Positions 29,799 to 37,940 of a stretch of 64,000 bases of DNA are shown here, in pieces. Source of the stretch: Candidatus Aenigmatarchaeota archaeon. GTDB lineage: Archaea; Aenigmatarchaeota; Aenigmatarchaeia; CG10238-14; SCSR01. Location of the stretch: assembly GCA_039000165.1 (NCBI GenBank), contig JAWBTW010000002.1:3245-67244 (forward strand). Direction: 5' to 3'. Position 1 is the stretch's first letter. Every line of letters begins with the position of its first letter. The notes under the pieces were generated by a model, which did not search any database, was not told the origin of the DNA, and saw only the letters and a program-made list of their open reading frames with translations. Both the position numbers and the translations under genes were made by a program.

Positions 29799-30947
29799 TT
29801 ATCTAATTATATCGATTCCCAATGTTTCGCTGACTTCCTTGACAACTGGTCTTTCGTAAGTTACTGGACCTAGAATGTAAGGTGATTTTACTCCTGTAAT
29901 TATTGCAATAACTTGAACCTTTCCTTCAAATTCTGGTAAAATTCTAGCTCCCCAGAAGACTTGGGCGCTTGGGTCTAAGTGTTGAGAAACAGTTTCTCCT
30001 ATTATGTTTACTTCTTCTAGCTTAAGATCTGGCCCACCTGTGATGTGAATCAAAGCTCCGGTTGCTCCTGTGTAATCAACTTCTAACAAAGGATTGAGCA
30101 AAGCTTTTGTTATAGCGTCTCTTGCTCTATCTGAGCTGTTACTTTCACCAACACCTATTGCAGCAACTCCTCCTGTGTGCATTACTGCTTTAACGTCTGC
30201 GTAATCTAAGTTCACTAGGCTTGGTAAAGTAATGGTTTCGGTTATTCCTTTGACCATGCTTGCTATTAGTTCATCAGCTACCGCAAAAGCTTGCTGTATG
30301 GATAAGTTACCAGCATACTTCAAAAGTTTATCGTTCTCTATTACTATAACGGTATCTGTAACTTGTCTAAGAGCAGCCAAGCCTTGCTCTGCTTTTGAAA
30401 TTCTTGCCCCTTCTAGCTTGAAAGGCATAGTAACTACTGCTATAACAATTGCCCCCATACTTTTAGCAATCTCACAAACTACTGGTATACTTCCTGTACC
30501 TGTTCCTTTTCCCAATCCTGCTATGGCAAAAACTAGGTCGGCTCCTTCCAAAGCTTCTTTAATTTCGTTTCTTGATTCTTCTGCACACTTTCTTCCAATT
30601 TCTGGATAACCACCACAACCTAAACCTTTTGTTAACTCCTTTCCTATCAAAATTTTCTTGTCAGCTTTTCCTACTGCTAAATGTTTTGCGTCTGAATTTA
30701 AAGAAACAGTTGTTGCTCCTTCTATTCCCATTTCTGTTAATCTTGTCACAGCATTTTGACCTGCTCCTCCGCATCCTACTACAACAATTTTCGCTTTCTT
30801 AACTGAAAATCCAAACTCTTGCTCTGCTAGTTTATAATAATCAACACTAGAAAACGTTGCTCCTGAAGTTGATTCTAACCTAAACCTGGTTTGAGGAGAA
30901 TCCTCGCCGAATGTTCTCTTCAAAGCGCTTTGAACAATACTTTCCAT
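29799..30947 (-). CDS. ftsZ: cell division GTPase FtsZ (tubulin/FtsZ family)
   Basis: N-terminal GTP-binding motif VVVGCGGAGQNAV, tubulin signature AGLGKGTGTGS, T7 loop region. About 50-aa N-terminal extension. Confidence 0.85.
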   Translation of the reverse strand: MESIVQSALKRTFGEDSPQTRFRLESTSGATFSSVDYYKLAEQEFGFSVKKAKIVVVGCGGAGQNAVTRLTEMGIEGATTVSLNSDAKHLAVGKADKKILIGKELTKGLGCGGYPEIGRKCAEESRNEIKEALEGADLVFAIAGLGKGTGTGSIPVVCEIAKSMGAIVIAVVTMPFKLEGARISKAEQGLAALRQVTDTVIVIENDKLLKYAGNLSIQQAFAVADELIASMVKGITETITLPSLVNLDYADVKAVMHTGGVAAIGVGESNSSDRARDAITKALLNPLLEVDYTGATGALIHITGGPDLKLEEVNIIGETVSQHLDPSAQVFWGARILPEFEGKVQVIAIITGVKSPYILGPVTYERPVVKEVSETLGIDIIR

Positions 30948-31059
30948 TCCAATCCTCCCATTTTCAACAAAATATATTTTGTTTCATCGAAAACCATTTA
31001 TAAAGGTTTTCCACTATTTTATCTTAGAATTAGTCAAGTCTAAGTTGTAACTAATTCAA

Positions 31060-31114
31060 ACCCGTACAAGACCCGTAATTTAACCCGTAAATTTTAACCC
31101 GTGTTTAAACCCGT
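31060..31114. promoter_or_regulatory. array of five phased ACCCGT motifs (11-14 bp period) upstream of ftsZ
   Basis: ACCCGT at 31060, 31071, 31083, 31097 and 31109, each in an A/T-rich context, 113-167 bp upstream of the ftsZ start codon. Confidence 0.4.
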
Positions 31115-31404
31115 AAAATTCTTTTATTCTAAGTTATTTAAATTGATTATTGTAGAATTTTCTATATTTTTTTGTAACTATTTTTGTTAAACTTTTATGT
31201 TAAGCAAAAATTTTTTTGAAAAAATTTCCCACATAAGTTTAAAGATTTTTGAGGAGGAAAATCTAAAAAAGGTGAGAAGGTTGGGCAACCGTCAAAACTT
31301 TGAAGCAAGAGGATGAAGATTTCTTTAGTTTTATCGCTATTCTTGACGATCGCGGAAGAATTGATGCAATTTGTTTGCGAAGAAGTGAAAAAATGCAAGA
31401 AAGA

Positions 31405-31452
31405 ACTTAAAATTTTTGGGAGGGAAAGGGGTTCAAATCTCCCCCAGAGCGT
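31405..31452 (+). other. orphan tRNA 3'-half-like element (T-arm plus acceptor 3' strand)
   Basis: GGGAG..AGGGGUUCAAAUCUCCCCCAGAGCG has a canonical T-loop with flanking stem and acceptor strand. No complementary 5' acceptor, D-arm or anticodon arm in cis. Confidence 0.3.
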
Positions 31453-31483
31453 AAAAATTTAACTATATTATTAAAAAAATTAA

Positions 31484-32791
31484 GTGATGGAGATGGAATT
31501 TACTGAGATAGAAGAAGTGTTGAAAAAGGGGAAGGAAGGAAAAGTTTTTATTAGAGGTTGGGTTTATGGAAAGAGAAGCTCTGGAGGGATACTGTTTTAT
31601 ATAGTAAGAGATGGTTCTGGCTTCATTCAATGCACTCTTAAAAAAGAAAAGTTTGATGAAAAAACTTTTAAAGATTTGGAAAAACTAACTTTGGAATCAG
31701 TAGTTGAAATAGAAGGAACCTCTAAAAAAGAGCCAAGAGCACCTGGAGGTTATGAAATTGCTGTTGAAAAAGTTAAGGTTATCCACAAATCCTTAGAGGG
31801 ATTTCCTATCGCAAAAAAATACCACGGGCCAGAATTTTTGCTTGATTATAGACACTTATGGTTAAGAAGCGAGAAAATGCAAACGATTCTTAAAATAAGG
31901 TCAAAAGTCTTACAAATAGCAAGAGAGTGGCTTCTTTCTCATGGCTATAAGGAATTTCATTCACCAAGTCTAACAGGAGCAGCATGCGAAGGAGGAGCAA
32001 CACTCTTTGAGGTAAATTATTTTGGAAAGAAAGCTTACTTAACTCAAAGCTGGCAACTTTATGCTGAGGCTGCAATCTCAAGCCTAGGAAAAATTTTTAC
32101 TGTAGCTCCTTCATTTAGAGCTGAAAAGTCAAGGACAAGGAGACATTTAACAGAGTTTTGGCATCTTGAAGTTGAAGAGCCATTTTGTGATTTGGAACAA
32201 ATTATGAAAGTACAAGAAGAATTTATAACCCATATTTGTCATACTCTTGCAAAGGAAATGCCTGAAGAGTTAAAGAAGCTTGGAAGAGACCCTCAAGACT
32301 TACTTAAGATCAAACCACCTTTTCCAAGGATAACTTATGATCAGGCAATAGAAATGCTTCAAAAAGATGGAGTTAAAATTAAGTGGGGTGATGACATAAC
32401 ATGGGTTTTGGAAAAAAAGTTAGCTAGCAAGTTTGATGTTCCTTTCTTCTTAACTCATTTTCCGAAAGGAGTTAAAGCTTTTTACCATAAACCTGATCCT
32501 AAAAGGCCTGAAGTTACTTTAAGTGCAGACATGCTTGCTCCAGAAGGTTATGGAGAAATTATTGGAGGTGGCCAAAGAATTCATGATTTAGAAGAATTGA
32601 TTCAAAGAATAAAAGAAGAAAAACTTGACCCAAAAGCCTACGAGTGGTACATAGATTTAAGAAGATACGGCTCAGTACCGCATGCAGGTTTTGGTTTGGG
32701 AATAGAAAGGTTTATAATGTGGATCTGCAAGCTCAAACATATAAGAGATGCTGTACCATTTCCAAGGTTAATAAACAGAATTTATCCTTAA
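31484..32791 (+). CDS. asnS: asparaginyl-tRNA synthetase (class IIb; AspRS not fully excluded)
   Basis: OB-fold N-terminus, LLDYRHLWLR, motif 2 PSFRAEKSRTRRHLTEFWHLE, motif 3 GFGLGIERFIMW, and a C-terminal ...AVPFPRLINRIYP tail as in archaeal AsnRS. Confidence 0.75.
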   Translation: MMEMEFTEIEEVLKKGKEGKVFIRGWVYGKRSSGGILFYIVRDGSGFIQCTLKKEKFDEKTFKDLEKLTLESVVEIEGTSKKEPRAPGGYEIAVEKVKVIHKSLEGFPIAKKYHGPEFLLDYRHLWLRSEKMQTILKIRSKVLQIAREWLLSHGYKEFHSPSLTGAACEGGATLFEVNYFGKKAYLTQSWQLYAEAAISSLGKIFTVAPSFRAEKSRTRRHLTEFWHLEVEEPFCDLEQIMKVQEEFITHICHTLAKEMPEELKKLGRDPQDLLKIKPPFPRITYDQAIEMLQKDGVKIKWGDDITWVLEKKLASKFDVPFFLTHFPKGVKAFYHKPDPKRPEVTLSADMLAPEGYGEIIGGGQRIHDLEELIQRIKEEKLDPKAYEWYIDLRRYGSVPHAGFGLGIERFIMWICKLKHIRDAVPFPRLINRIYP

Positions 32792-32826
32792 ATTTTCTTT
32801 AATCATAAAAACAAATTGATAATTAA

Positions 32827-32910
32827 GGGCTCGTCCGGTAACCTGGATAGCCGACTGCGCTTCGGTTTTGAGGAAACGCAGTAGTGAGGGTTCAAATCCC
32901 TCCGAGCCCA
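32827..32910 (+). tRNA. tRNA-Arg (anticodon UCG) with a 10-nt intron at 37/38
   Basis: Acceptor GGGCUCG/CGAGCCC, T-arm GAGGG-UUCAAAU-CCCUC, anticodon stem CUGCG/CGCAG enclosing 17 nt. Exon CUUC pairs with intron GAGG, leaving an AAA bulge and a 6-nt loop (BHL). The intron is at 32866-32875. Confidence 0.75.
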
Positions 32911-33755
32911 CTTTTTATTCTTTCTTTCAACCTGCAAAAGCTACATATTCTCATGCTTGTTGGTTCTTTGCAGATTTCACACTCTTTTAAATCAAAAGAT
33001 AAGTTATTCTGTAAAATTCCTGCAACTGAAATTACGCTTTGTAAAAAGTTTTCTCTAAAGTTTGGTTGCCAGCTTGAAATTTCTTTAATAAGCTTGTACC
33101 ATTTTTCTCTTTTTCTGTCCATTTTTTGTTTAAGGATTACGTAAGGACAAACATCTTCTTCAACAAAAGGGATTCCTTCTTTCTTGCAAAAATCTTTTGT
33201 TTCTTCTTGGCTAACAAAGAACAAGGGTCTTATTCTAGTTAATTGCTTATTTCTGCCTTCAAGCTTAGGTAAAAACTTTGAAATCCAAAAGATGTTTTTG
33301 CTTAGCATGTTTTTAAAGAAGAAAACCAAAAAATCATCTGCATTATGTCCTGTACAAAGCTTTGTTGCTCCTTCCTCTCTTGGAATTTTGTTCATAAGAT
33401 ATCTTTTAACCATTCCGCAAAAGCTACAAATTGGTCTTTCTAAATTTGTTAATTTTTCGAAATCTATCCCAAAATTTTTAACATTATAAACCTTGAGCTT
33501 AACCTTGCATATGCTTGCTTGTTTTTTCACTATGTTAAGAACAGTTTTTGGTATAAAATCGCCAAGAATTAAATGAAAAGCGTTTATCTCACAATCTATT
33601 TTATTTTCTTTTACGTATTTTGAAAGCAAAAAGCAAACAGTAGCGCTGTCTTTTCCTCCGCTTAAAGCAACAAAAATTTTGTCTTTGTTCTCGATTAGCT
33701 TGTATTTTGAAATTGTTCTGAAAACCTTTTTCTCTATTTCAAGCATAACTCTCAT
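32892..33755 (-). CDS. PP-loop ATPase, tRNA thiolation family (TtcA/TtuA/NcsA-like)
   Basis: PP-loop SGGKDS, plus N- and C-terminal Cys pairs (CSFCG...; CEICKEP...CSFC). Its 3' end overlaps the tRNA-Arg 3' end on the opposite strand. Confidence 0.65.
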   Translation of the reverse strand: MRVMLEIEKKVFRTISKYKLIENKDKIFVALSGGKDSATVCFLLSKYVKENKIDCEINAFHLILGDFIPKTVLNIVKKQASICKVKLKVYNVKNFGIDFEKLTNLERPICSFCGMVKRYLMNKIPREEGATKLCTGHNADDFLVFFFKNMLSKNIFWISKFLPKLEGRNKQLTRIRPLFFVSQEETKDFCKKEGIPFVEEDVCPYVILKQKMDRKREKWYKLIKEISSWQPNFRENFLQSVISVAGILQNNLSFDLKECEICKEPTSMRICSFCRLKERIKSGLGGI

Positions 33756-33848
33756 AATAAATTACAGACAAAGAAATTAATGTGTTTAAGTTAGATTATA
33801 AAAGGGGAGCTTAAAAATTTTAAAAAATCTTTTTAAATTATAAGTAAG

Positions 33849-33923
33849 GCCCCTGTAGTCTAGCCCGGTCAAGGATACTGGCCTCTCGAGCCGGAGACCC
33901 GGGTTCAAATCCCGGCGGGGGCA
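33849..33923 (+). tRNA. tRNA-Glu (anticodon CUC)
   Basis: Acceptor GCCCCUG/CGGGGGC, anticodon stem-loop CUGGC-CUCUCGA-GCCGG, T-arm CCGGG-UUCAAAU-CCCGG. Confidence 0.85.
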
Positions 33924-33954
33924 TTTAAGATAACAAAAAAACTAATTCTAATTA

Positions 33955-34521
33955 ATGAAAAAGAAAGATAGAAGGAATGTTGCTGGTATCCTAATTTTTG
34001 TAGCAAGCGCGCAATTCATCATAGCTCTAAAGATTGCAGAAGCTTTATACCCTAACTATAACGTTTCTTCAAATTATATCAGTGATTTAGGAGTTGGGCC
34101 TTCTGCTTTCATTTTTAACTCTTCCGTTTTTCTGCTCGGCTTTTTAGCTTTAATTTCTGCTTATTTTCTTTTAATAGAAAAAGAACGAAAAGATTTTCTA
34201 TTTTGCTTAGTTTTGGCGGGAATCGGTGCTATGGGGGTTGGAATTTTTACTGAAGACTTTGGCTTATTACATACCATCTTTTCTTTCATCACATTTTTCT
34301 TTGGAGCTCTAGCTTCTATCTTTTCTTACAAAACCCAAAAATCAACCTTTTCTCTCCTATTTTTATTGCTTGGTTCTATTTCCCTTATTTCCTTGATTCT
34401 TTTTGGTTTAGGAGCTGACCTTGGTTTAGGAAAAGGTGGAATGGAAAGGATGATAGCCTATCCTATTTTAATCTGGGCTTTAGGTTTTGGTGCTTATACA
34501 GCTAAGGAAAAATACTTTTGA
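33955..34521 (+). CDS. polytopic membrane protein
   Basis: Five to six TM helices. No catalytic motif recognised. Confidence 0.4.
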   Translation: MKKKDRRNVAGILIFVASAQFIIALKIAEALYPNYNVSSNYISDLGVGPSAFIFNSSVFLLGFLALISAYFLLIEKERKDFLFCLVLAGIGAMGVGIFTEDFGLLHTIFSFITFFFGALASIFSYKTQKSTFSLLFLLLGSISLISLILFGLGADLGLGKGGMERMIAYPILIWALGFGAYTAKEKYF

Positions 34522-34595
34522 AGAAGTTTAAATTTTTTGACAAAATATTTTTAAAGGATAAAACGATTTATTAATTTGACTTGAGTTAGATTTAG

Positions 34596-34691
34596 GCAGG
34601 GGTCGCCTAGCCTGGTCGATGGCGCAGGGCTTAGAAAATTAGGAAACCCTGTGGCTTAGTGCCTTCCTGGGTTCAAATCCCAGCCCCTGCA
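34596..34691 (+). tRNA. tRNA-Leu (anticodon UAG) with a 10-nt intron at 37/38
   Basis: Acceptor GCAGGGG/CCCCUGC, long variable arm, T-arm CUGGG-UUCAAAU-CCCAG. Anticodon stem CAGGG/CCCUG encloses 17 nt. Exon CUUA pairs with intron UAGG, with an AAA bulge (BHL). The intron is at 34636-34645. Confidence 0.8.
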
Positions 34692-34725
34692 CAAAAATAA
34701 GATTAACAGTAAGAATTAACTACAC

Positions 34726-35709
34726 TTAGCTACTAAAACTTCTCCAGTATTTTATGGCTATGCATTCGTTTAGTTCAAAATTTTTAAAAACTTCAAAAGT
34801 TTCCAATAGTTTTCTTAGTGGTGTTTTTAAACAATTTCCAACAACCAACTTTGGAAAAAAACCGCAAGGACTAACATCCCCATTCGCATAAATTGAAAAA
34901 ACACCATCGCCCATAGGACATTTGAGACGATAAAACTGATCCATAACATTTCCGAACCTTAATTTTTTTAACTTACGATAAATCCATCTTTCTTCTTTAG
35001 GGCTAAGCATTATCTCCAAACTTTCTTTGTTTTCTGGAATAAACCTCATTATTTTCCAAGCGCTTGGTTTAATTTTTTTCTTTATAAACTTAGCAAGTTT
35101 AGGAATCTCTCTGTAATTTAACTTTGTAGGGACGGTTATTATTCTTACTCTTATTCCATTTTCTTTAAGTATTTTAATACTTTCCAAGACCCTATCCCAA
35201 ATATCAGCATTTCTCATCAAGTTATGTCCTTTTTTCATCCCATCTAAACTGACACTTACATAACTTACACAATTTTTTAGTTGGTTTGCCAACTCTTCGG
35301 TCATAGTAGTTCCGTTAGTTGTTATGGAACATGAAGCTCTTTTATAAGTGTATTTCAGAATTTTAATCAAATCTTTTCTTAAAGTTGGTTCACCACCACC
35401 AAAGCTTATGTGTAGTACACCAACCCCAAATACTTGATTAAGGATTTTTGAGAAAGAATTGAAAGGTAGTTCAAAAGGTCTATACCTGTTATGACAATGT
35501 CTGCATTTTAAGTTACACTTATAAGTTAAATCGATAAAAGCTTCGAAAAAATTATTTTCAAATTTAGGCTTAATTATCTTCACTCTGTTTGTACGAAGAA
35601 ATTTAATTAGTTGGTTTTTGTTCAAAAGAAAAAATTCAAAACAGGAGGGGTCATAGCCAATTCCCCCTTCCTTTAAAAGTTTTACCCATTTAGTTTCCCC
35701 ATTTTTCAA
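34726..35709 (-). CDS. radical SAM protein with C-terminal SPASM/twitch-like Cys cluster
   Basis: CNLKCRHC (Cx3Cx2C) with GGGEP. C-terminal CPMGDG...SPCGF...GNC auxiliary cluster pattern. About 55-aa N-terminal extension. Confidence 0.75.
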   Translation of the reverse strand: MKNGETKWVKLLKEGGIGYDPSCFEFFLLNKNQLIKFLRTNRVKIIKPKFENNFFEAFIDLTYKCNLKCRHCHNRYRPFELPFNSFSKILNQVFGVGVLHISFGGGEPTLRKDLIKILKYTYKRASCSITTNGTTMTEELANQLKNCVSYVSVSLDGMKKGHNLMRNADIWDRVLESIKILKENGIRVRIITVPTKLNYREIPKLAKFIKKKIKPSAWKIMRFIPENKESLEIMLSPKEERWIYRKLKKLRFGNVMDQFYRLKCPMGDGVFSIYANGDVSPCGFFPKLVVGNCLKTPLRKLLETFEVFKNFELNECIAIKYWRSFSS

Positions 35710-35768
35710 CAGCTTTCACCTTGCTCTTTTTCTCTTTGAAAACAAGCGGCGAACAACATCTCTTCATT

Positions 35769-36404
35769 TTACCTCACCTGTTTTTTAAATTTTTTAAGGT
35801 CATCGAAAGTATCTATCTCCAATATTGTATGGGGAGTATAAAAATAAAAAATGCTATAGTTATGCGCTAGCAACAGGATTGCTAAGTCTGAATATTCAAA
35901 ATTATCTTCTATTTTCTCTTCTATTTTTTTCAAAATACTTACGTTCCATATGGAAAGTGAAGTCGTAGGTTTAATATATTTCAGAGAACTTACTTTAACA
36001 GTTCTTCTCCTACCTTTTGCATGAAACAAGCAAGCTGGCTGGAGCTTTTTGTAAACTTTTATGCTTTCTCTTATTACCTCACTTGGTTGGATTATGTCAG
36101 AAGGTAGGACTAAAACATCTTTCCCAGACTTAATATTTATTATTTCAAGCATATTACGAACACAATAATCAGAACTTCCTACAAAATAGTTTATCTTTTT
36201 TTGTTGTAAGTAGGGAATGAAAGCTTCATGCCTATATCTGAGGCAAACTACTATGTTTGATTTTTTAATTCCACTTTCTAACAAACTATCAAGAGCATAA
36301 TCTATCAATTTTTTGTTGTTGATTTCAATTAAAGGCTTTGGTATTTCATAAGTAAGTGGTCTTAATCTTTCCCCTTTTCCACCTGCCATTAAAATTGCCA
36401 GCAT
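35769..36404 (-). CDS. nucleotidyltransferase (sugar-phosphate NTP-transferase / MobA-like fold)
   Basis: N-terminal LAILMAGGKGERLRPLT signature. Confidence 0.55.
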   Translation of the reverse strand: MLAILMAGGKGERLRPLTYEIPKPLIEINNKKLIDYALDSLLESGIKKSNIVVCLRYRHEAFIPYLQQKKINYFVGSSDYCVRNMLEIINIKSGKDVLVLPSDIIQPSEVIRESIKVYKKLQPACLFHAKGRRRTVKVSSLKYIKPTTSLSIWNVSILKKIEEKIEDNFEYSDLAILLLAHNYSIFYFYTPHTILEIDTFDDLKKFKKQVR

Positions 36405-36418
36405 AACTTATCTTAACC

Positions 36419-36889
36419 CTATTTATACACTACTATTTTTGTTGTCTCAAAAGCATCTTCCACAACTTTTTTGGGTTCTATTCCCCATTCTTTAATTAAG
36501 TCATGCGTTATATAGATGAAATATCCTTTATCCATTAGGTTTAGAGCTATAGTTACAAGATAGTAGGGATTAAAATTCACCAAAATTGCCTTGTTTAAAA
36601 GTTCTCCTGCGTATTCAGTAGGAAAGATTATTAGTTTCAACCTGTGCTTTGAGTATGGTGCAGGGATTTCAATTTCTTTTATGAAATCATCTATTGCCTT
36701 CTTCAATTTTTTACCTTCAAACACATCGATATAAATCTTAGCAACGTTTACTCTAAACCAATAGCCTTTCCATTCAGCATCAAAATGTGTCTTGCTTATA
36801 TCTTCGAACCTTATTCCTGGGAATTTTTTTCTTAAATTTTTTTTAACAAGATTTTTAATTAACATCTTCCCAATTAAAGTTAGATACAA
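36419..36889 (-). CDS. hypothetical protein
   Basis: ORF co-directional with the NTP-transferase. No motif. Confidence 0.3.
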   Translation of the reverse strand: MYLTLIGKMLIKNLVKKNLRKKFPGIRFEDISKTHFDAEWKGYWFRVNVAKIYIDVFEGKKLKKAIDDFIKEIEIPAPYSKHRLKLIIFPTEYAGELLNKAILVNFNPYYLVTIALNLMDKGYFIYITHDLIKEWGIEPKKVVEDAFETTKIVVYK

Positions 36890-36985
36890 AAAAAGATAAA
36901 AAATTTTCTTTTGATTTGAGAGTTAAACTTAAATCTCAATCTTTAAGTTAAATTATTTGTTTACCAATTTATTAGAGGTGAGAAA

Positions 36986-37756
36986 TTGCCAAGAAGAAAG
37001 GGCTTGCCTGAATGGGGAGAGCTCGTTTTATGTACTGTTCAAAGAATCTCACCTTATGCTGCTTGGTGCAAGCTTGAAGAGTATCCAGAAGCTGAAGGGA
37101 TGATTCATGTCTCTGAAGTTAGCGGAAAATGGGTTCATGATATTAGAGAATTTGTCAAAGTTAATAAGCAATATGTTGCTAAAGTTGTGAAGATAGACTA
37201 TCAAAAAAAGTTTGTAAATTTAAGCCTGAAAAGAGTCAGCGATGAAGAAAAAAAGGAAAAAATGAATTCTTACAGAAAAGAACAAAGAGCAGAAAAAATT
37301 TTAGAACAAGTAGCAAAAGAGTTTGGAAAAACTCTGGAGCAAGCTTATCAAGAGGTTGGATTTCTTTTGCAGGAAAAGTTTGGCAGCATTTATTCTGCTT
37401 TTGAGGAAGCAAGAAAAACACCTGAAATTCTTGAGAAAAAAGGAGTAGCTAAGGAATGGGTAGAAGCTTTAACTAAAGCTATAGAGAAGAGTTTCAAGGA
37501 AAAAGAAGTTAAGATAAAGGCTGAGCTTGAACTCAAAAGCTATGCAAGCGATGGAATAAAAAGAATTAAGGAAATTCTTTTGAACTTACAAAAAAACGGA
37601 ATAAAAGTGAAGTACATAAGCGCTCCTCGCTATAGAGTTGAAATTGAAGGCAAAAACCCGAAAAATCTTGAGAAAAAGCTTGTAGAAAACTTGGAAAACG
37701 CTTTAAGGGAAATAAAGAAAGCAGAAGGAGAGGGGAACTACAGGTTAATAAAATGA
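36986..37756 (+). CDS. eif2a: translation initiation factor aIF-2 alpha subunit
   Basis: S1 domain (LPEWGELVLCTVQRISPYAAWCKLEEYPEAEGMIHVSEVS) and conserved downstream helical and alpha-beta domains. Followed by nop10 as in most archaea. Confidence 0.9.
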   Translation: MPRRKGLPEWGELVLCTVQRISPYAAWCKLEEYPEAEGMIHVSEVSGKWVHDIREFVKVNKQYVAKVVKIDYQKKFVNLSLKRVSDEEKKEKMNSYRKEQRAEKILEQVAKEFGKTLEQAYQEVGFLLQEKFGSIYSAFEEARKTPEILEKKGVAKEWVEALTKAIEKSFKEKEVKIKAELELKSYASDGIKRIKEILLNLQKNGIKVKYISAPRYRVEIEGKNPKNLEKKLVENLENALREIKKAEGEGNYRLIK

Positions 37757-37908
37757 AGATGAGAAAGTGTAATTCTTGCAAAACCTATACTTTTAAGGAA
37801 AACTGCCCAAAATGTAATCAAAAAACTGTTTCGCCTCTACCGCCTCCTTATTCGCCAGATGACAAGTATGGAAAATACAGAAGAAGGTTAAAGAGTGAAA
37901 TGATTTAA
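37753..37908 (+). CDS. nop10: H/ACA ribonucleoprotein subunit Nop10 (51 aa; absent from ORF track)
   Basis: MKMRKCNSCKTYTFKENCPKCNQKT...PPPYSPDDKYGKYRRRL has the Zn-ribbon and DKY..YR motifs. ATG overlaps the eif2a stop (ATGA). Confidence 0.8.
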   Translation: MKMRKCNSCKTYTFKENCPKCNQKTVSPLPPPYSPDDKYGKYRRRLKSEMI

Positions 37909-37940
37909 ATATATTTGTTAAAAAGAAAATATGTGATATT

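Noticed and set aside
29653-29859. 68-aa ORF with a poly-Ser run on the + strand.
   Set aside because: Low-complexity translation of the reverse strand of the ftsZ 3' end and its downstream spacer. No start context. Judged spurious.
31405-31452. Reading the tRNA-like fragment as a minus-strand tRNA.
   Set aside because: The T-loop reads UUCAAAU on the + strand. Minus-strand tRNAs in this window appear as ATTTGAA. So any tRNA sense is +.
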